DNA from: Balanoglossus misakiensis
Lineage: Eukaryota > Animalia > Hemichordata
Direction: 5' to 3'
Length of the DNA: 64,000 bases
Assembly (NCBI GenBank): GCA_040954595.2
Contig: CM082593.2
Coordinates: 11,111,477-11,175,476 of the forward strand
This document shows, one piece after another, positions 54,276 through 64,000 of this stretch. The notes below the pieces were generated by a model, which did no database searches, was not told the origin of the DNA, and worked only from the letters and a program-made list of their open reading frames with translations. A program made the translations under genes and the position numbers. How positions within the stretch are numbered: the stretch's first letter is position 1; each line of letters starts with the position of its first letter.

Positions 54276-54313
54276 AAATATACACAGTGTGTGTTGTGTG
54301 TTAGATAGGTACA

Positions 54314-54347
<34 letters not shown>

Positions 54348-54503
54348 CATACATACATACATACATACATACATGCATGCATACATAGATACATAGATAC
54401 ATACATACATACATACATACATACATACATACATACATACATACATACATACATACATGCATGCATGTACCTATCTAACACACAACACACACTGTGTATA
54501 TTT
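54276..54503. repeat. (ACAT)n microsatellite enclosed by a perfect 39-bp inverted repeat
   Basis: 54276-54314 is the exact reverse complement of 54465-54503. Confidence 0.92.
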
Positions 54504-56916
54504 GTTGGGCATTTTGGTTTTCTACCACATATCTCAGTAGTTTCCATGCCATAGTGACTCTTCAGTTTTACATAATGATATCCAATATAACCCAATCTAC
54601 TATTAATGCGATTTTTTTTTCATTTTGATTGTGGAAATGGTTAAAAATGAAAAACATCTGAATTTGTACTTTAATAAATATAAGCTATATAGTATTTTAA
54701 AATGGTCATAAATTTATGTTAACATGGCAAAACATGTTTTAGTGTTTATGTATACTTGTTTAATATAGAGAAATAATTGTACAAATAAAATGACAACTTA
54801 CTTTTGCTTTTAAAAATAATTAAAAATGGTAATGTTTCTTGAGATATACCAGGGTTTCTAGAATATAGAGGGCGCTGGCACGGGAACATTTGATGGTTGT
54901 CCCCAATACAACATTCTGGTATCATGTTTTATCATCTGTGGACATTTGGCGGCGAAATCCAACAGGATGTGCATAACATCCCGAGAAGGTCTTCTCGTTG
55001 TATTGCTTCTTGAGATATTGAAACTGTCTTGAATCCCAACGCGAATGTGATGGTGATGCGTATGTTGTTGCACGTAGTCACATCCGAAAACGAATCAAGT
55101 GCTCTTGTTGTTCAGCAGCTGAATATAGGTTAGTGGGATATGTGTATATTCTCGTGGTTATTTTTAAATGAGTATAAATGACAGAATCGGTGGTTTGAAC
55201 GTGTAAGAGTTGATGGTATTGGTTATGTAGTTGTGTTTTATCCAATGGTAGTGTGATTTTAATTGTGTATGAGGCGATGGCAGTTTTGTCAGGCTTTTTT
55301 ATTTTCGTGTCGAGCGACATCCAATATGGCGGTTGTCGTTATATACTGAAAGAGTGTCGTTTGTATGCATGTTTTGGCAAATTGTATATATGTTAAGATG
55401 GTGAAGTTTGCTTGAAGGAATAGAAACATCAGAGGCTGGGTACATCGGAGTTTCTATTTCATTCCATACAAATTGAAATTAAGCTTATTTTTGGAGTGTA
55501 TACAGGTACATATGATTATTTAGAAACGGTTTTAGGCAAGCGAATCTGCTGAATTCGGGCGATCGGTCTTGTATCGTGTGTATGAAACGTACAAGCAGTG
55601 GTAGGATATTATTTTGGGATGTGTACTTCAATAGTTTCCATGTCTCTTATATGTATTTGTCAAAAAATAAACAGTAGTAAAAATGGATTGTATTTTCCAT
55701 TATTTTTTCTGTTAATATTGTATGTTTACATGACCAAAAGCCTTAAGGTTTTCATTGGAATTTATATCAGGGTAATCAATTTGTTTTTGATAATTATTTG
55801 CTTCAAATATGGAACAATCTGTGTGAGTACATAACAGAAACATTGCTAGATAATTTGACATTTGAATTGTTCGTAAGAATGTGAGGACAAGCATAGAATT
55901 GGCCAAATTATGCTGGTGACCACTCTGTTTAGTGTGTATGCTTTCTATAGTCGTGACAGGCATGTTAAAAACATAGACAATGAAATCTGGTTGGAGCATG
56001 AAAAGTAGAGTTGACTTGTTAACATATTTTGATGCCATGAAACCATTTTGTGGACAGGACAATTTATGTGACCAAGAATTGATTTTCTGAATATCACAAG
56101 GTTGATAGTGAATTCATTGTAATTTGTTGTCCTGTTTAAGTAGTGGGGTTATTGTAAAAATCATCATTCGCTATCTTGTACTTGGAGTGATGTCATCTCG
56201 ACATTGATACATTATGGCTATTGAGAGGTGTGTGTTATGCAGGCAAGTGTATATCTTGATGTACTTGTTTAAATACACAATTATACTTAATGATTTAATT
56301 TAAAAGTTTTGTTTATTTTCTTGACAGTTTTGGCTACCAAAGAGTTCTCAAGGTGAGTGTTGGTGTACATCAGTGCAAAGTATCATGTACAAACTAAGAG
56401 ATCAACACACTCAAATGTGTATTGTGTCGTGTACGAATTAGTTTCGTAAATCATTTGTAGATAACGTGTTTAGTTTTGTGGTAAGTGACACTGAGGTTTC
56501 AGATCGGATAGGATGATTGTCCAGTGCCATGCATTGTGTGTTAACATGTGAAAGCACTAGCCTAATTTGTTTGAAATTTGGTATTCAGGGATGATGTAAG
56601 AAAAAATAATTTTAACAGTTCATAGAATCAGTGTTTATTAATACTTCAAAAAGGTATGTGACTTGAATGTGTGCAGTACATCATTGTGCTATGTGGTGTT
56701 AACACCATTGAATAGTGCCATTACTTACAGCAATCTTACAGCAATGGCTTCAGTAAAACATTGAGTATGATTTGTGTGATTCCTGATACCCCTGTCTTGT
56801 CATTTGTGATGTTTTACTGTGTACTTTTTGAAATAAAGAAACTGGTGTGTTAGTTGAATATGTCAGTGAGTGAATGTGCAATTGGACAGTGTGTTGGCAG
56901 TTAGTGGAGATAAAAA

Positions 56917-56990
56917 ATCCTCATGGTGTAATGGTTAACACACTTGTCACTTTGTGATAAGAGATCCAGGTTCGATTCCTGGTGGGGATG
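56917..56990 (+). tRNA. tRNA-like gene (Gln-TTG-like) with a 9-nt anticodon loop; could be a pseudogene or SINE head
   Basis: ATCCTCA TG GTGT AATGGTTA ACAC A CTTGT CACTTTGTG ATAAG AGAT CCAGG TTCGATT CCTGG TGGGGAT G: all four stems pair, and A and B boxes are present. Confidence 0.7.
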
Positions 56991-57160
56991 ATGAAAAAAA
57001 GAGTCCATTAGCTGTGTGTTTGAGTATGAGTGTAATATATGTATGTACGTATTTATGCATGTATGTATGTAGCCAGCAAACATACAAAACATATTGTGTA
57101 TATTCAATTCCATACAGTGTTTGATAATAAATATGTTGCTGTTTTACAATTTGGCATTCA

Positions 57161-58830
57161 CTGCTGATAATTAGGTTTCCATAGATACAAGCGGAATGCA
57201 ATAGAAGAGGGATAACCATATACATGTATAGAAAAGGTAGGTTACCCCTTCCCCTATAATCCAAATACTACCACAGAGGGTGCTATACTATATGATCATC
57301 AACTGAGTATCATTCAAATACTCTGTGCACAGTGGGTAAATACACATTTGTTTTTTTTAGGAGACTTTCATCAGTTGCAGTAAAATACAACGTGACTACA
57401 CTATATACACCAATGAGAATGGCCATGTAATTCAGAGAGTGCTTGATATTAAAACTGTTTCATAGTTGTGGCCTTTACTGCTGATAATTAGGATACCATA
57501 GATACAAGCCCAATGCAACATGACAGGGATAAACATATGCAAAGACAAGATTTAACCCCACCTCCATAATCAAAATACTACCACAGAGGGCGCTATACTA
57601 TATGACCATCAACTGAGTATCATTCAAATACTCTGTGCACAGTGGGTAAAGACACATTTGGTTTTTTAGGAGACTTTCATCAGTTGTAGTAAAATACAAC
57701 GTGACTACACTATATACACCAATGAGAATGGCCATGTAATTCAGAGAGTGCTTGATATTAAAACTGTTTCATAGTTGTGGCCTTTACTGCTGATAATTAG
57801 GTTACCATAGATACAAGCCCAATGCAACATGACAGGGATAAACATATGCAAAGACAAGATTAAACCCCACCTCCATAATCAAAATACTACAGCAGAGGGC
57901 GCTATACTATATGACCATCAACTGAGTATCATTCAAATACTCTGTGCACAGTGGGTAAAGACACATTTGTTTTTTTAGGAGACTTTCATCAGTTGCAGTA
58001 AAATACAACGTGACTACACTATATACACCAATGAGAATGGCCGTGTAATTCAGAGAGTGCTTGATATTAAAACTGTTTCATAGTTGTGGCCTTTACTGCT
58101 GATAATTAGGTTACCATAGATACAAGCCCACTGCAACAGGACAGGGATAAACATATGCAAAGACAAGATTTAACCCCACCTCCATAATCAAAATACTACC
58201 ACAGAGGGCGCTATACTATATGACCATCAACTGAGTATCATTCAAATACTCTGTGCACAGTGGGTAAAGACACATTTGGTTTTTTAGGAGACTTTCATCA
58301 GTTGTAGTAAAATACAACGTGACTACACTATATACACCAATGAGAATGGCCATGTAATTCAGAGAGTGCTTGATATTAAAACTGTTTCATAGTTGTGGCC
58401 TTTACTGCTGATAATTAGGTTACCATAGATACAAGCCCAATGCAACATGACAGGGATAAACATATGCAAAGACAAGATTTAACCCCACCTCCATAATCAA
58501 AATACTACCACAGAGGGCGCTATACTATATGACCATCAACTGAGTATCATTCAAATACTCTGTGCACAGTGGGTAAAGACACATTTGGTTTTTTAGGAGA
58601 CTTTCACCAGTTGCAGTAAAATACAACGTGACTACACTATATGCACCAATGAGAATGGCCGTGTAATTCAGAGTGCTTGATATTAAAACTGTTTCAAAGC
58701 TGTGGCCTTTACTGCTGATAATTAGGTTACCATAGATACAAGTGGAATGGAACCGGACAGGGATAAACATACAAAGGCTAGGTTACCCCCCCCCCCCAAA
58801 TACTACCACAGAGGGCGCTATACTGATCAT
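57161..58830. repeat. 309-bp tandem repeat, about 5.3 copies
   Basis: ctgctgataattagg recurs at about 57161, 57478, 57787, 58096, 58405 and 58712. An inverted relative lies at 53500-54030. Confidence 0.93.
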
Positions 58831-59598
58831 CAAGTCTGTACCATTGAAATAAATCTGTGCAGAGTGGGTAAATTGGGCATTTGGTTCTTCAGATTTTCAT
58901 AAGTTGCACTAAAATGCTATGTGGCCCACTACAAGGACAAATAAGTCAAAAATGGCAAATTTGACGTTTACTTTGAGGTTGGCATGGGGCAAACGAGACA
59001 ATACAAGAACACTGAAACTCAATTAGTGAAACACTAAAGTTGTACTTTATTTCTCTAACAAACTTAGAGAAAATTTACATGGCCATCTTTTTACTCAGAG
59101 ACCTGATGTTGAATAGAAATGTGGTAGTGCAGGTCCACATGAGTGCCGTGTACTAGCCTCTCTCTCTGCAAATCCATCCACAACTTGCATGCAGATAGTG
59201 GGAGTCTGATGTAAGCAACTACTGCAGTTACAGTCAGGACGTAAGTGGGATAATTAAACAGCAGGGGATCATGCAATGCAAACAATTGAACTGGCCAGTA
59301 ACGTTTGAATTGCTCATTTGCATACAGTTTTTCAACTTTTTTCACAACGAAAGTTAAGCAACTAGCAACCCATTTCTGACAATTATTTCACCCCAGGCAC
59401 ATTACTGGTACTATGAGTGTACTACATGTGATTTTTCATGAAGTTTTATCGAGAAGAATTTCTTTACTTCCACTGACAAAATTGTGATCTCGAAATTCAA
59501 AGTGACCTTGAAGTTACAAAAAAAAAAATATCAGCCATACCCACACAAAAATTAACCCCCTCAGGTTTTAGAAACATTATTAAACTCCTCTATTCATA

Positions 59599-62500
59599 AT
59601 TTTGACATGAATATATCCATGCCGAGAGTCAAGGACCACAATTTACTGTGCCATAGGTCAGTCCTGAGAAGTCAGTCAGCGTGAATAGTGTATAGACTCC
59701 GTATGTAATATGCTAATGAGAGATAACGACACGTTGAAAAGGAAGCCATTACGTCATGGGTTAACATGCGTTGACCTACTTCAATGCATACACATATGGC
59801 AAACACGGCTGTACTCGTCGATGGCGAAGGCAATTTTTACACCGTCATTACTCCACAACGGAGCGGCTCACACTATTATAATTTCACGGTAACTTAGTTC
59901 AATATCTTCCTAACCTACCCAATTTTTTTCAAGACAAGAAATCTTTGCCGAGAGTCAAGGACCACAATTTAAACCAACATACCGAAACTGTCTTTCTCGG
60001 GAAAGCGTCGTTAAAACTTCACGAAAAATCATCCTATCATTGACTATGGTGTTTCATACACGTCTTAGAAAAATGGGTGCACTACGATCACTTGTAGTAC
60101 CGAAAATCTCCGTTTGAAAATTTTTCGAACTGGCCGTAACTGCCACTCAGCGACTTTCACATTCAAATAGATCTCTTTGATCTCACCGCCGTAATTACCC
60201 CACTTACGTCCTGACTGGTTAATACTTACAAAGTGTATTACCTCCAACACCCCATGGACGGTATCATGTCATCACCAGTAGCTATAGGTTGTTTTAACAC
60301 CTTGAGAGAAAAAAATGGATTGTTACTGATAGATTACAAAGCACTGACAATACAAGAGGGGGAGGGGTAAGGTTTGTTGAGAGCAGTTGTTTTTTGCTAA
60401 ACATTAGTGAAAATATGAAATTATTGACATGTAGGATTTCAATTTTATGATGTAAGAGTATTTTATAATATCTCACCGGGACTTCAGTTGTCGCTGTAGT
60501 ATTTAACCCAAGTTTAACTGTGCCAACCACGTCCATGCATGGCAAGGTTTTCTCTCCCAAAAGTTTCAGTTTGGTATCCCAGTTACCATCAGTTGCACTT
60601 ACTCCACGCCTTCTAAGTTGAATGCGATTTACCATCACATGATTCATACTGTGGTGCAAAGACAATTAAAAACATCGATTGTAAGTCATTTAGTAGTGAT
60701 ACCATTGTGACCAAACCTCGTTTTAAAATACATGTAATCCGTACTCGAAACTATCATTTTTTTCTTTCTAGAATATTAGAACGCGCTCAAAAATAAAAAT
60801 GCGACCTGTAAGCGAGTGCCGCGTTTCAATTGGTACTGACGATAAACACCGCCACTCGGAGATAAAATCAACGTTTTTTTTTAATGCAAGTGAACGCATG
60901 GAGGCGGCCATATTGAATTTAGGTTACATCCCAAGACATTCCGACTGGGCTTCAGGTGGATTCGGGAAAGGTCTCTAAAACATAATCGGTCATCCAATTT
61001 TGTATACTAAATTTCTAAAAATGTAGGACATGGGAGGTTAACATACCCACAATGACTACACACAAAAAAGGGCCCAGGCGTTTCGGGGTGCGATTGTTAC
61101 GTACCTTAGCTCCATCATCTGCAACCATGCAGCCAAGGAGTGGCAGTGAAATTGTGCCTCATTGAGGATACAGTCTAGATCCGGAATTCAGCCAACGGCA
61201 AACTGTTTAGCGTGCCTTGTATGCAGCAGGATGGCAACGTTCTGGAACTTAAATTCTGGAAAGAAAATCCGAAATAGCTGAACAGATAACAGAAGAGAGA
61301 ATACATACAGCTCCGCAACTTTTCCACTGGAAGATATAATACCATTTGCCTCTATGATAGAGCAAAGGTATGTTATAATCGCACCCCGAAACTTATCGGA
61401 AGGTCTTCGGATGTAATCCAATATGGCAGCCTCCATGCGATCACGTACATTGAAAATCCATTGATTTCATCGCCGATTACCGATGTTTATCGTCAATACC
61501 GATTCAAACGCGGCACTCGTTTACAAGTCGCATTTATTTTCGATCGCGTTCCAATATTTTAAACAAACTAGATTACTGATAAAAATGCTCAAAATTTTTC
61601 CTCCAAATGCCACCTTTACGGATTCAGTCACACAACATTTTGACATGAATATATCCATGCCGAGAGTCAAGGACCACAATTTACTGTGCCATAGGTCAGT
61701 CCTGAGAAGTCAGTCAGCGTGAATAGTGTATAGACTCCGTATGTAATATGCTAATGAGAGATAACGACACGTTGAAAAGGAAGCCATTACGTCATGGGTT
61801 AACATGCGTTGACCTACTTCAATGCATACACATATGGCAAACACGGCTGTACTCGTCGATGGCGAAGGCAATTTTTACACCGTCATTACTCCACAACGGA
61901 GCGGCTCACATTATTATAATTTCACGGTAACTTAGTTCAATATCTTCCTAACCTACCCAATTTTTTTCAAGACAAGAAATCTTTGCCGAGAGTCAAGGAC
62001 CACAATTTAAACCAACATACCGAAACTGTCTTTCTCGGGAAAGCGTCGTTAAAACTTCACGAAAAATCATCCTATCATTGACTATGGTGTTTCATACACG
62101 TCTTAGAAAAATGGGTGCACTACGATCACTTGTAGTACCGAAAATCTCCGTTTGAAAATTTTTCGAACTGGCCGTAACTGCCACTCAGCGACTTTCACAT
62201 TCAAATAGATCTCTTTGATCTCACCGCCGTAATTACCCCACTTACGTCCTGACTGGTTAATACTTACAAAGTGTATTACCTCCAACACCCCATGGACGGT
62301 ATCATGTCATCACCAGTAGCTATAGGTTGTTTTAACACCTTGAGAGATAAAAATGGATTGTTACTGATAGATTACAAAGCACTGACAATACAAGAGGGGG
62401 AGGGGTAAGGTTTGTTGAGAGCAGTTGTTTTTTGCTAAACATTAGTGAAAATATGAAATTATTGACATGTAGGATTTCAATTTTATGATGTAAGAGTATT

Positions 62501-63673
62501 TTATAATATCTCACCGGGACTTCAGTTGTCGCTGTAGTATTTAACCCAAGTTTAACTGTGCCAACCACGTCCATGCATGGCAAGGTTTTCTCTCCCAAAA
62601 GTTTCAGTTTGGTATCCCAGTTACCATCAGTTGCACTTACTCCACGCCTTCTAAGTTGAATGCGATTTACCATCACATGATTCATACTGTGGTGCAAAGA
62701 CAATTAAAAACATCGATTGTAAGTCATTTAGTAGTGATACCATTGTGACCAAACCTCGTTTTAAAATACATGTAATCCGTACTCGAAACTATCATTTTTT
62801 TCTTTCTAGAATATTAGAACGCGCTCAAAAATAAAAATGCGACCTGTAAGCGAGTGCCGCGTTTCAATTGGTACTGACGATAAACACCGCCACTCGGAGA
62901 TAAAATCAACGTTTTTTTTAATGCAAGTGAACGCATGGAGGCGGCCATATTGAATTTAGGTTACATCCCAAGACATTCCGACTGGGCTTCAGGTGGATTC
63001 GGGAAAGGTCTCTAAAACATAATCGGTCATCCAATTTTGTATACTAAATTTCTAAAAATGTAGGACATGGGAGGTTAACATACCCACAATGACTACACAC
63101 AAAAAAGGGCCCAGGCGTTTCGGGGTGCGATTGTTACGTACCTTAGCTCCATCATCTGCAACCATGCAGCCAAGGAGTGGCAGTGAAATTGTGCCTCATT
63201 GAGGATACAGTCTAGATCCGGAATTCAGCCAACGGCAAACTGTTTAGCGTGCCTTGTATGCAGCAGGATGGCAACGTTCTGGAACTTAAATTCTGGAAAG
63301 AAAATCCGAAATAGCTGAACAGATAACAGAAGAGAGAATACATACAGCTCCGCAACTTTTCCACTGGAAGATATAATACCATTTGCCTCTATGATAGAGC
63401 AAAGGTATGTTATAATCGCACCCCGAAACTTATCGGAAGGTCTTCGGATGTAATCCAATATGGCAGCCTCCATGCGATCACGTACATTGAAAATCCATTG
63501 ATTTCATCGCCGATTACCGATGTTTATCGTCAATACCGATTCAAACGCGGCACTCGTTTACAAGTCGCATTTATTTTCGATCGCGTTCCAATATTTTAAA
63601 CAAACTAGATTACTGATAAAAATGCTCAAAATTTTTCCTCCAAATGCCACCTTTACGGATTCAGTCACACAAC
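59599..63673. repeat. Near-identical 2038-bp tandem duplication
   Basis: ORF pairs are offset by 2037-2038 (59710/61748, 60065/62103, 60294/62332, 61188/63225). Confidence 0.95.
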
Positions 63674-63701
63674 TTACAGACTACGCCAAACTTTTTTCCA
63701 G

Positions 63702-63842
63702 ATCATACCTTGCGGGCGAAAAGCGATGGATATACCTGAAAAATTTGTAACAGAATTGTATCATCCGCCACAAATAATGATATCAGAAGTCGAGATATCT
63801 CCACAGAAGAAGAGGGTGTGCGTTGTAGGAAAAGTCCATGAT
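63702..63842 (+). CDS. Phase-0 exon of the putative OB-fold gene (linker plus start of a second OB-like domain)
   Basis: ttttttccag|IIPCGRKAMDIPEKFVTELYHPPQIMISEVEISPQKKRVCVVGKVHD|gtgagt. It is in phase with the upstream exon ending LYDRAK|gtatgt at 63404. Confidence 0.5.
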
Positions 63843-64000
63843 GTGAGTACTGTCAAATGTTGCACAAATAGCCGTTAAACCTGAAATATAGATTGAAAGT
63901 GGATATTGTTTTACACAATTTTTGAACATTGAAGTAAAGTATTAGAATGATGGAATCCGATAAAAAAAGTGAGTTGGTAATTTCGGCATCCGACTTCGTT

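Noticed and set aside
56328-56352. Micro-exon-like ttgacag|...|gtgagt downstream of a YY1-like motif at about 55321
   Set aside because: No further exons or reading frame could be linked to it.

Overview
AT-rich eukaryotic (animal, probably marine invertebrate; organism is inference) genomic window dominated by repeats. (1) 3669-16286 is a 12.6-kb near-perfect palindrome: arms of about 5.5 kb and a 1.6-kb spacer. It has AGTAGT...ACTACT termini and a 6-bp direct repeat GCTGCG on both flanks, the end signature of Polinton/Maverick elements. No Maverick core genes are visible. Each arm instead carries a spliced PIF/Harbinger DDE transposase gene (left copy intact, right copy frameshifted) and a broken Myb/SANT partner gene. 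(2) 17.5-27.8 kb holds nested inverted repeats, MITEs and Helentron-like microsatellite-bearing elements. (3) 28407-34090 is an 86-bp satellite with higher-order structure, followed by a decayed L2/CR1-type LINE. (4) 39987-49094 (minus strand) is the 3' part of a multi-exon gene for a single-pass membrane protein (pentraxin/LamG, HYR, sushi, SEA-like, 4 Cys-rich GCC repeats, 2 EGF, TM, NPxY tail), with one decayed exon. (5) 49.3-64 kb is a mosaic of Helentron-like repeats, scrambled fragments of a putative OB-fold gene, a tRNA-like gene with a 9-nt anticodon loop, and 309-bp and 2038-bp tandem repeats. All coordinates were read by eye; repeat edges may be off by a few bases.
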